Shown here one piece after another: positions 14,146 to 21,686 of a stretch of DNA of 24,000 bases. The stretch comes from an uncultured bacterium (GTDB lineage Bacteria; Patescibacteriota; Patescibacteriia; Patescibacteriales; SZUA-104): assembly GCA_913009695.1 (NCBI GenBank), contig CAJVWV010000011.1, positions 1-24,000 on the forward strand, in the 5' to 3' direction. Every line of letters starts with the position of its first letter. Position 1 is the stretch's first letter. The notes below the pieces were generated by a model. That model made no database searches, was not told where the DNA came from, and was given only the letters and a program-made list of their open reading frames with translations. Made by a program: the position numbers and the translations under genes.

Positions 14146-16536
14146 ATGAAATACATAAAATTTTTCAATCAACTTGGCATTAAAGACGTTCCGCAGGTCG
14201 GCGGAAAAAACGCGTCGCTTGGAGAGATGTATCGGAAGCTCGCCAGTAAAAAAGTTAAAGTGCCCAACGGCTTTGCCACTACTTCCGGAGCTTATAATTA
14301 TTTCTTAAAAAAGGCGGGCGTTAAAAAAGAAATAAAAAGAATTTTAAAAGGACTTAATACGCATAATGTGCGCGACTTAATGAAACGCGGCGCCGCAGTA
14401 AGGAAGGTAATCTTAAATACTCCTCTTCCTAAAGATTTTGAAGATGAAATTATTGAAGCTTATAAAAAACTATCTAAACAATACGGCGTTGCTAACGTTG
14501 ACGTTGCGGTTCGTTCTAGCGCGACCGCCGAAGATTTACCGGACGCTTCATTCGCCGGCCAGCAGGATACTTATTTAAATATTCATGGTGAAGCGGAATT
14601 ATTAGACGCGGTTAGACGATGCATATCTTCTTTATTTACAAATAGGGCAATTTCCTATCGCGTAGATAAAAAGTTTGACCATTTTTCAATCGCTTTATCA
14701 GTCGGCGTGCAAAAAATGGCAAGAAGCGATATGGGATCTTCCGGAGTTATGTTTTCAATTGATACTGAATCCGGATTTGAAAATGTTGTACTAATAAATT
14801 CAATTTATGGTTTGGGCGAAAATATTGTTCAGGGAAAAGTTAATCCTGATGAATTCTATGTCTTTAAACCGACTGGCGCTATTATTTCAAAAAAAATCGG
14901 AAAGAAAAGATTAAGAATGATTTATAATAAAGATCCGAAAAAACCCGTTAAAGACGTTAGAGTTAAGCCCGCTGAACAAAATAAACAATCTATTACCGAC
15001 AAGCAGATTAAAAAACTCGCTGAGTGGGCAATGATAATTCATAAACATTACGGGCGGCCGATGGATATGGAATGGGCTTTGGACGGAAAAGACAATGAGT
15101 TATATATTATTCAAGCGCGGCCGGAAACAATCCATAGTATAAGAAATCATAACGTCTTAGAAGAATATAAAATAGAAAAAAGAAGTAAAGTGCTCGTAAC
15201 CGGACAAAGCGTTGGAAATAAAATCGGCGTCGGAGTCGCTAATAAAATAATGGACATTAAAGATATTCATAAATTTAAACCTGGACAAGTATTAGTAACC
15301 GATATGACTGATCCTGATTGGGAACCAATTATGAAAATCGCTGCGGCAATCGTAACCGATAAAGGCGGGAGAACTTGTCACGCCGCTATTGTTTCGCGCG
15401 AACTGGGAATTCCATGTATTGTCGGGACCGAAAACGTTAGTAAAAAAATTAAGAGCGGACAAAAAATAACCGTAAGTTGCGCGGAGGGCGAAACCGGATT
15501 TATCTATCAAGGCATTCTTCCATTTAAAGTTGTAACGACCGACATCGGCAAGCTAAAGAAACCAAAAACAAAAGTAATGATGAATATTGGCGCGCCTGAT
15601 ATGGCTATGGCGGCTTCATTTATTCCTAACGAAGGCGTAGGATTAGCGCGTGAAGAATTTATTATTAACAATTCAATTAAAATCCATCCGCTTGCTTTAA
15701 TAAATTATAGACAACAGACAACAGACGACAGACGACAGATTGATAAATTAACAATTGGATATGATAATAAAAAGCAATTTTATATTGATAAGCTATCCGA
15801 GGGAGTCGGCATGATTGCGGCCTCCTTTTATCCGAAAGACGTGATCATAAGATTATCAGATTTTAAATCTAACGAATACGCTAACTTAATTGGCGGACGC
15901 GATTATGAGCCCGTTGAAGCAAATCCAATGATCGGCTGGCGGGGCGCTTCAAGATATTACGATCCTAAATATAAGCCGGCTTTTGAACTTGAATGCAAAG
16001 CACTCAAAAAAGTTAGAGATGAGATGGGGCTAACTAATTTAAAAATCATGGTTCCATTCTGCCGAACCGTTGAAGAGGGACGAGAAGTTAAAAAGATAAT
16101 GGCGAAACAGGGGCTTAAGCGAGGAAAAAACGGATTAGATATTTATGTCATGGCGGAAATACCTTCTAATATTGTTCTTGCGCGCGATTTCGCGAAAGAG
16201 TTTGACGGCTTCTCAATCGGTTCTAACGACTTAACTCAATTAACCTTAGGGCTGGATCGCGATTCAGGATTAATGGCTCAGGTTGCGGGAACAGCCAACG
16301 AAAAAAATGAAGCGGTTAAATCTTTAATCAGATATTTAATAGAAGCCGGTAAAGCCACAAAAACTAAAGTTGGCATCTGCGGACAAGCTCCATCCGACTT
16401 CCCTGACTTCGCCCAATTCTTAGTTGAGTTGGGAATAGATAGTATTTCTTTAACACCAGATACAATAATTAAAAATACGATTGCGATTAACAAGAAAGAG
16501 GAGATGATGAAGAGGAAGAGAAAAAATAAAAAATAA
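14146..16536 (+). CDS. ppsA: Phosphoenolpyruvate synthase (pyruvate, water dikinase)
   Basis: 796 aa. N-terminal VGGKNASLGEM, phosphohistidine swivel GGRTCHAAIVSRELGIP, and C-terminal PEP-utilising barrel SIGSNDLTQL. Confidence 0.95.
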   Translation: MKYIKFFNQLGIKDVPQVGGKNASLGEMYRKLASKKVKVPNGFATTSGAYNYFLKKAGVKKEIKRILKGLNTHNVRDLMKRGAAVRKVILNTPLPKDFEDEIIEAYKKLSKQYGVANVDVAVRSSATAEDLPDASFAGQQDTYLNIHGEAELLDAVRRCISSLFTNRAISYRVDKKFDHFSIALSVGVQKMARSDMGSSGVMFSIDTESGFENVVLINSIYGLGENIVQGKVNPDEFYVFKPTGAIISKKIGKKRLRMIYNKDPKKPVKDVRVKPAEQNKQSITDKQIKKLAEWAMIIHKHYGRPMDMEWALDGKDNELYIIQARPETIHSIRNHNVLEEYKIEKRSKVLVTGQSVGNKIGVGVANKIMDIKDIHKFKPGQVLVTDMTDPDWEPIMKIAAAIVTDKGGRTCHAAIVSRELGIPCIVGTENVSKKIKSGQKITVSCAEGETGFIYQGILPFKVVTTDIGKLKKPKTKVMMNIGAPDMAMAASFIPNEGVGLAREEFIINNSIKIHPLALINYRQQTTDDRRQIDKLTIGYDNKKQFYIDKLSEGVGMIAASFYPKDVIIRLSDFKSNEYANLIGGRDYEPVEANPMIGWRGASRYYDPKYKPAFELECKALKKVRDEMGLTNLKIMVPFCRTVEEGREVKKIMAKQGLKRGKNGLDIYVMAEIPSNIVLARDFAKEFDGFSIGSNDLTQLTLGLDRDSGLMAQVAGTANEKNEAVKSLIRYLIEAGKATKTKVGICGQAPSDFPDFAQFLVELGIDSISLTPDTIIKNTIAINKKEEMMKRKRKNKK

Positions 16537-16550
16537 ATTAAACTAAAATA

Positions 16551-16586
16551 AAAAACCGTCTCTATTGCACTGAGACGGTTTTTGTT
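16551..16586 (+). terminator. Rho-independent terminator after ppsA
   Basis: CCGTCTC-(9 nt)-GAGACGG, flanked by A5 upstream and TTTTTGTTT downstream. Confidence 0.8.
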
Positions 16587-16646
16587 TAATTATTTTTAAC
16601 CGTTTTCAGTAACTAATTGGGGATACGCCATGCGCATTTAACGGGG

Positions 16647-16675
16647 TTGACAAATTATTACTTTTGCCTTATTAT
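16647..16675 (+). promoter_or_regulatory. Candidate promoter for the small membrane protein gene
   Basis: TTGACA (16647-16652), 17 nt, TATTAT (16670-16675). Confidence 0.5.
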
Positions 16676-16715
16676 ATAAAGTTGTACAAACATAAAACCC
16701 TTTAATTGGAGGAAA

Positions 16716-16952
16716 ATGAAAAAAAGAACGTTCTTTTTAAATGTACTGGCATATATTTCTATTGCTATTGGTGTTCTTATCGGCATTGGAAATGAAAAAT
16801 TACAAATGGAAGAATTTTATTCTTCTATAAAGCTTTCGGGGGCATTAATAGCGATTGGGTTTGTTATTATTGCAACCAATAGCTTCTTAAGGGGCATAAA
16901 AAACAAGTCCCCAGAACTTCTTTACCCCATGCATAAAAATGGGAGGCGCTAA
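16716..16952 (+). CDS. Hypothetical small membrane protein (78 aa, 2 TM helices)
   Basis: GGAGG SD a few nt upstream of the ATG, two hydrophobic helices, with its own promoter and terminator candidates. Confidence 0.65.
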   Translation: MKKRTFFLNVLAYISIAIGVLIGIGNEKLQMEEFYSSIKLSGALIAIGFVIIATNSFLRGIKNKSPELLYPMHKNGRR

Positions 16953-16968
16953 ACAAAGCTTAAGGCAA

Positions 16969-16997
16969 AGGTCGAACTTTACGTTCGGCCTTTTTTA
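16969..16997 (+). terminator. Rho-independent terminator
   Basis: AGGTCGAAC-TTTAC-GTTCGGCCT (9 bp including one G-U), followed by T6. Confidence 0.7.
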
Positions 16998-17030
16998 TTT
17001 GAGCAATTTGCTCCAAAATGCACAAGCCAA

Positions 17031-17744
17031 TTACTTAACGGGTTTATAAAAAGTATTGCTTTTTGACCCGAATTTCATCAATTTTTTATCTTTTACAAGA
17101 GTGTTTAAATAGTTTACCGCTTGCCTGTGCTTTACCCCCGTCAGCCGTTCAACATCATCGTTCGTAACTTTCTGCGTCTTATTGGCATACTCCATAACCT
17201 TTTCAAGATTCTCTTCTACGTGTTCATGCCTGACAGTATTCGCCCGACCCCTAAGTTCTTTAAGTTTGTCCAAAAAACTCATAATGGGTCGAGCGATTGA
17301 ATTAATTTCTGGGGCGCTGACAATAGTTTGCCCCGTAGGCTTGCTTGCCCCGTCATTTGCGGGGTCCGCCACAGCTTTAGCGTCGGAGGAAGTTTTATCT
17401 TCCTTCGAGGTAGACGCTGGAGCATGCTCAGACTCCCTCTCCTGACTAAGAGAGGGTTGGGGTGAGGTTTTGGGGAGAGACGTTGCCTCGGATTCAGTTT
17501 TAATTTTTTCAACAGGTTTATCCGCCACAGCGTTAGCGTCAGCGGAAGGAACTTCAACTACTTCCGCAACTTCAAGAGACTCCACAACTTCTTCTTTTTC
17601 TTCTTCCATCACCGGTTCAGGCTTTTCTTTTATTTCTACAACGGGTTCCACGGGAGTTGGAGTAGGTGTAGATTGTGGAGCCTGCCCCGCAGAGGCATCA
17701 GCCTTCTTCGGGGTAGACGATAAAATTTTTGTATCTTCAGCCAT
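17031..17744 (-). CDS. Hypothetical protein: low-complexity acidic/Pro-rich N-terminal region plus a C-terminal winged-helix DNA-binding-like domain
   Basis: The C-terminal roughly 80 aa (KVMEYANKTQKVTNDDVERLTGVKHRQAVNYLNTLVKDKKL) look like a wHTH domain. The N-terminal roughly 150 aa are GC-rich and repeat-derived, and other frames are open across them too. An internal ATG at 17282 is a possible alternative start. Confidence 0.6.
   Translation of the reverse strand: MAEDTKILSSTPKKADASAGQAPQSTPTPTPVEPVVEIKEKPEPVMEEEKEEVVESLEVAEVVEVPSADANAVADKPVEKIKTESEATSLPKTSPQPSLSQERESEHAPASTSKEDKTSSDAKAVADPANDGASKPTGQTIVSAPEINSIARPIMSFLDKLKELRGRANTVRHEHVEENLEKVMEYANKTQKVTNDDVERLTGVKHRQAVNYLNTLVKDKKLMKFGSKSNTFYKPVK
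17365..17392. repeat. Direct repeat copy 1 inside the wHTH-protein ORF
   Basis: TCCGCCACAGCTTTAGCGTCGGAGGAAGT matches 17521-17550 at 25/29. The offset is 156 nt (52 codons). It encodes ..SDAKAVAD.. Confidence 0.65.
17435..17468. repeat. Family B palindromic element, in frame inside the wHTH-protein ORF
   Basis: The reverse complement ACCTCACCCCAACCCTCTCTTAGTCAGGAGAGGG matches intergenic 5222-5258. It is translated as TSPQPSLSQERE. Confidence 0.65.
17521..17550. repeat. Direct repeat copy 2 inside the wHTH-protein ORF
   Basis: TCCGCCACAGCGTTAGCGTCAGCGGAAGG. It encodes PSADANAVAD. Confidence 0.65.
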
Positions 17745-17750
17745 GTTTTA

Positions 17751-17759
17751 ATTATAGCA
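17751..17759 (-). promoter_or_regulatory. Extended -10 (TGCTATAAT) placed for a leaderless transcript of the wHTH-protein gene
   Basis: The minus strand reads TGCTATAAT-TAAAAC-ATG. The -10 ends 6 nt before ATG 17744, so the expected transcription start falls on or next to the A of the ATG. No SD is present. Confidence 0.4.
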
Positions 17760-17828
17760 TATTTTTAGATTTTACCTCCTTGCTATGAATAATTTAAAAT
17801 GTTAATATATACATACTAAATTCTACTG

Positions 17829-17942
17829 CGACGGCTCCATGCTGTGCATGGAGTCATAGTGCAAGTCGCGGATAATAAATAAAACTTTTTTATTTCTAAC
17901 CAACGCTTGCAACTTGGCTCCACGCAAAGCATGGAGCCGTCG
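17829..17942. repeat. 114-nt MITE-like element with hairpin-forming terminal inverted repeats
   Basis: CGACGGCTCCATGCTGTGCATGGAGTCA matches the reverse complement of the right end, CGACGGCTCCATGCTTTGCGTGGAGCCA, at 25/28. Each arm contains the palindrome CTCCATGC/GCATGGAG. The centre is AT-rich. Confidence 0.8.
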
Positions 17943-17963
17943 GGGGATAAATAAAATTTTAAC

Positions 17964-18830
17964 ATGATTAACTTTTTACATACATTCAATCCAGACCCAA
18001 TTCTAATATCCCTCGGTCCCATAAATATCTACTGGTACGGTTTTTTTATTTTACTGGGGAGTATTTCGGCGCTTTTAATAACTTTAAAATTGGCGTCTTA
18101 TTATAATATAAAAAAAGACACAATTATTAATCTGGCTTTCTATTTAATTATCGGCGGAATTATCGGCGCGAGAATTTATCATGTTTTTTTGGAGTTTCCA
18201 TATTACCTAAGCCATCCGCTTAATATTTTTAAAATCTGGCAGGGCGGACTGGCAATCCACGGCGGAATAATCGCCGGAGTTATAATACTTTTCTTTTTTG
18301 CCAAATCAATATCAAAGAGATCCAATCTCCAAAAGGGAGATTGGATCTCTGCTCGAAAAAACTTTTGGTTGCTATCCGCCATTCTTGTTCCCGGCCTTGC
18401 CTTGGCGCAGGCAATAGGCCGATGGGGCAATTATTTTAATCAGGAACTGTTTGGACTTCCTACCGATAAAGCATGGGGAATTCCAATTAATTTTTTAAAT
18501 AGGCCGGCTGAATTTTTAAATTTTCAATATTTTCACCCTACTTTTATCTATGAATCAATGGGAAACTTTTTAATATTTTTAATTTTAATATTAATCAATG
18601 TTTGGATAATAAAAAACCATAAAAATCCTAACAGCTATAAGCTAACAGCTATAAGCTATTTAATCCTATATTCCATTCTCCGTTTTTCCCTTGAATTCAT
18701 CCGCATAGATACTACTCCAGAACTTTTAGGTCTTAGATTTCCGCAAATCGTCAGTCTGCTAATCATATTTTTAACGCCTATAATAATATTGCTATTGCCA
18801 AAAAATAAAAAAAATGTTAGCATCAAATAA
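17964..18830 (+). CDS. lgt: Prolipoprotein diacylglyceryl transferase
   Basis: GPINIYWYGFF, GARIYHV, WQGGLAIHGG and GRWGNYFNQELFG motifs. Multi-pass membrane protein. Confidence 0.92.
   Translation: MINFLHTFNPDPILISLGPINIYWYGFFILLGSISALLITLKLASYYNIKKDTIINLAFYLIIGGIIGARIYHVFLEFPYYLSHPLNIFKIWQGGLAIHGGIIAGVIILFFFAKSISKRSNLQKGDWISARKNFWLLSAILVPGLALAQAIGRWGNYFNQELFGLPTDKAWGIPINFLNRPAEFLNFQYFHPTFIYESMGNFLIFLILILINVWIIKNHKNPNSYKLTAISYLILYSILRFSLEFIRIDTTPELLGLRFPQIVSLLIIFLTPIIILLLPKNKKNVSIK
18316..18350. repeat. Perfect 15-bp stem hairpin embedded in frame in lgt
   Basis: AGAGATCCAATCTCC (18316-18330), loop AAAAG, GGAGATTGGATCTCT (18336-18350). It encodes KRSNLQKGDWIS. Confidence 0.8.
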
Positions 18831-18883
18831 GTAACTCTCACGCCCTAATCACTAATTAACTAAGCCCTAATCAATTAACATTT

Positions 18884-19156
18884 ATGCCAAACACAAAATC
18901 AGCTAAAAAAGAACTAAGAAAAGGCTCAAAAAGACAAGTTCACAACAAAAAAATTAAAGATAACGTAAAAGATTTAATTAAAAAAAGCCGAAAGGCAATT
19001 GTTGCGGGAGACGGGAAGGCCAAAGAATTGGTGAATAAAACCCTAAAAGCTTTAGATAAGGCGGCGCAAAAAGGAATTATAAAGAAAAATACAAGAGATA
19101 GAAAAAAATCACGGCTTCATAGTAAGTTAAACGATTCAGCTAAAGCAAAAAAATAA
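18884..19156 (+). CDS. rpsT: 30S ribosomal protein S20
   Basis: MPNTKSAKKELRK. 90 aa, highly basic, typical bS20. Confidence 0.93.
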   Translation: MPNTKSAKKELRKGSKRQVHNKKIKDNVKDLIKKSRKAIVAGDGKAKELVNKTLKALDKAAQKGIIKKNTRDRKKSRLHSKLNDSAKAKK

Positions 19157-19171
19157 TTGTAAATAAAAAAA

Positions 19172-19199
19172 GACGAGGAATTAATCCTCGTTTTTTTTA
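19172..19199 (+). terminator. Rho-independent terminator after rpsT
   Basis: ACGAGGA-ATTAA-TCCTCGT, followed by T8. Confidence 0.8.
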
Positions 19200-19223
19200 T
19201 TTACTAACTTTATGCTACTCAAC

Positions 19224-19360
19224 CGCCCAGGCATAAATGCCCGAGCTACCCTTTAACTTTAAAACCATATAAAAGGCTCTATATAAAACGTTTTTAACAA
19301 TATTCCCCTTCAGGGGGATTAAAAAATTAAAACCTTAGCCCAGTCATTTATGGCTGGGCG
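19224..19360. repeat. 137-nt MITE-like element with 25-nt terminal inverted repeats
   Basis: CGCCCAGGCATAAATGCCCGAGCTA matches the reverse complement of 19336-19360, CGCCCAGCCATAAATGACTGGGCTA, at 21/25. There is an internal mini-hairpin TCCCC-TTCA-GGGGGA at about 19304-19318. Confidence 0.75.
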
Positions 19361-19422
19361 ACGGCGTGACACAAGCTTGGTTATATAAAATTATTATTTG
19401 CTGAATTATGTATAACCACTAT

Positions 19423-20415
19423 TTATATCTTAGCAATCAATAAACTCAGTGCCGGCTTAACATCCGCTTTCCCGCTTTTCATTAAATAATCAATTTCAAC
19501 AAGTTTAGAAAAAATACTTTTTAAAGTATTAAGATTAAAATTTCGCGCCTGTCCAATGCCTTTTTGTACGATAAACGGATGAAGCTTTAAAAGAGTAATT
19601 ATTTTTCGCGATGTTAATCCTGAATCTAGCGCCTGTCTTATTTGCATAAGTATTTTAAACTGCCTTACTATCATAGTTAATAAATAGCTGTCGGTTAAAC
19701 CCGCTTCAACTTGTTCCTCTAATAATTTCGCGGCTTGCGTTTTATTTCTCGCGCTTATAGCGTCGGTTAAAGCAAAAATATTTTCATCAAACTGACCCCT
19801 TACTAAACCTTTTACGTCTTCAATATTTATTTCCGTACCTTTTTCGTCGTCGCCTAAATGCAATTTTTGGCTGGCTTTATAATTTATTAACTTATTTATT
19901 TCATTATTAATCTGCCATAAATCGCTTCCTAAAAGTGAAGTTAGCTCCATTGCCGCGGACGTGCTAATTTTTCCTCCCCGCGCTTCCACTTCTTTTTTGG
20001 ACCAATTTGTCGCCTCTGTATTAGACAAAGTTTTAAATTCCTGCGCGTATTTTTCTTTTGACAAAGTTTTAAATAATTCGCTTTTATATTTTGGTAATTT
20101 GTCAGTCCCGCTTATACTATCTAAAAATATTATAATATTATCCTCGTTTTTTCTTTTTTTAAAATAATCGTTAAGTTGATTAAAAATCGCTTGGCTTTTA
20201 TTTAAAAATAAATTTTCAATTACGACCATTCGTTTTTTTGTTAAAAGAGACGAAGAGCTGATTGACTCATTAATTTCTTCCATAGTAGAGATAGATCCAT
20301 CAAGCACAACCAAGCTATTCCCGCTCTTATCAACTTCGCGTAAAAACCTCTTCTTAAATTCATCTAATTTTCTTCTGGCGCGGAATGTATCATCGCCGTA
20401 TAAAAATATAATCAT
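19423..20415 (-). CDS. holA: DNA polymerase III subunit delta
   Basis: 330 aa. N-terminal IFLYGDDTF and an overall helical C-terminal half resemble HolA. The assignment rests on pattern recognition only. Confidence 0.8.
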   Translation of the reverse strand: MIIFLYGDDTFRARRKLDEFKKRFLREVDKSGNSLVVLDGSISTMEEINESISSSSLLTKKRMVVIENLFLNKSQAIFNQLNDYFKKRKNEDNIIIFLDSISGTDKLPKYKSELFKTLSKEKYAQEFKTLSNTEATNWSKKEVEARGGKISTSAAMELTSLLGSDLWQINNEINKLINYKASQKLHLGDDEKGTEINIEDVKGLVRGQFDENIFALTDAISARNKTQAAKLLEEQVEAGLTDSYLLTMIVRQFKILMQIRQALDSGLTSRKIITLLKLHPFIVQKGIGQARNFNLNTLKSIFSKLVEIDYLMKSGKADVKPALSLLIAKI

Positions 20416-20416
20416 A

Positions 20417-21685
20417 TTATTTTTTTCCTCCTGCCAGACGCCTTAAGCCATCAGGCGATTGGCGGGCAGACTTTTTATTAAGCACCGCAACCTCTTCTTC
20501 ACATAAATTATCAACTAGTTTATAGGCGGGATAAAGACCGGTAAATAACATAACGGAAAGTAAAATAAAAATATACTTTAATGGGAAAAATAAAAGAAGA
20601 ATCGCGGAAGCTATTGAAGCCGTTAAAAAACCAACCGGACGTGAAGTTTTAAAAAAACCAATAACGTCAACGTCGCAACCGTCAATTCTTTTATAAAAAT
20701 AAGAATCACGCAAAATCTCAATTAATGACGCGCCAATCCTTGTAATAAAAAGAACAACAGCCCAAACAACAAGACTCGTTGTATCAACAAAAAATATACT
20801 TAATGACGATATACTTATAATAAATATACCAAAAATTATGAGCTCTTTTTCTCCCGTCTTTTTATCAGCCAGCATGCCAACAGGATATTCAAAAAGTATA
20901 AAGGGAAGAAGCATAAAAATAAAAATTATTCCAATCTGACTCCACTCTAGCCCAAGATTTCTTAAATATATCGGAATATATACTATTGCGATAAAATAAA
21001 AAAACTCAAGCAGAAATGAAACATAATAAATTTTCAATATATTTTTTCTTTTCAATATTTTTTTTAATAATACGTTTATTGTCACAACAGGCTTGAATCT
21101 ATGATTAACTCTCCTTAAGTGTTTAAAGGCTATAATAAAGATTATCATTGATAATATAAACTGTAAAAAAAATACTCCTTGAAAATTAAATTTATCTATT
21201 ATTCTTGTTGCTATAAATGGGCCAATCACAAAACCAATATTCATAAGCGTAAGATTGGCGCCCCTGATTCTGCCTGACATCTTGTCTACGGAATAAGATT
21301 CTAAAATTATATCTTTGCCTACAAAACATAAATTATAAAAAATAATATTGATTATAATGACAAAAACTCCTACTTTTGAAATCGGAAGTAAAAATATTAA
21401 TAAAGATGAAATAGCCATCAAAAATGTTGAGACCAAATACGTATTAGACTTCCCAAATCTTTTTATTATTTTGTGAAAATTAAATAAAATAATCAAAACA
21501 AAAATATAAGCGATTGAATAAAAAATACTTATATTATCCGTTCCTCTTACTTCTTTAAAATAAGAAGAAATAATATAAGCGACAATTGCCGAGGCAAAGC
21601 CCAAAATAAAAGAAATAAGGTTTATTGTCCTTACTTTTTTTCTATTTAGTCTTTCATCGTGTTTTAATTTATTTACTTTTGGCAT
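20417..21685 (-). CDS. MFS-type transporter
   Basis: 422 aa with about 12 hydrophobic segments in a 6+6 arrangement around a basic central loop (HLRRVNHRFK). Confidence 0.82.
   Translation of the reverse strand: MPKVNKLKHDERLNRKKVRTINLISFILGFASAIVAYIISSYFKEVRGTDNISIFYSIAYIFVLIILFNFHKIIKRFGKSNTYLVSTFLMAISSLLIFLLPISKVGVFVIIINIIFYNLCFVGKDIILESYSVDKMSGRIRGANLTLMNIGFVIGPFIATRIIDKFNFQGVFFLQFILSMIIFIIAFKHLRRVNHRFKPVVTINVLLKKILKRKNILKIYYVSFLLEFFYFIAIVYIPIYLRNLGLEWSQIGIIFIFMLLPFILFEYPVGMLADKKTGEKELIIFGIFIISISSLSIFFVDTTSLVVWAVVLFITRIGASLIEILRDSYFYKRIDGCDVDVIGFFKTSRPVGFLTASIASAILLLFFPLKYIFILLSVMLFTGLYPAYKLVDNLCEEEVAVLNKKSARQSPDGLRRLAGGKK
20431..20469. repeat. GC-rich imperfect palindrome forming the MFS C-terminal tail
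   Basis: CTGCCAGACGCC..GGCGATTGGCGGGCAG. It encodes SARQSPDGLRRLAGG. The adjacent GGAGG serves as the SD for holA. Confidence 0.45.
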
Positions 21686-21686
21686 T

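Noticed and set aside
13292-16648. Recurrence of the 10-mer TAACGGGGTT (13292-13301 and 16639-16648)
   Set aside because: By simple counting, hundreds of repeated 10-mers are expected by chance in 24 kb on two strands, so this is not significant on its own.
17816-18022. ORF 17816..18022(-), 68 aa
   Set aside because: It is made almost entirely of the 114-nt MITE-like element, and it overlaps the lgt start.
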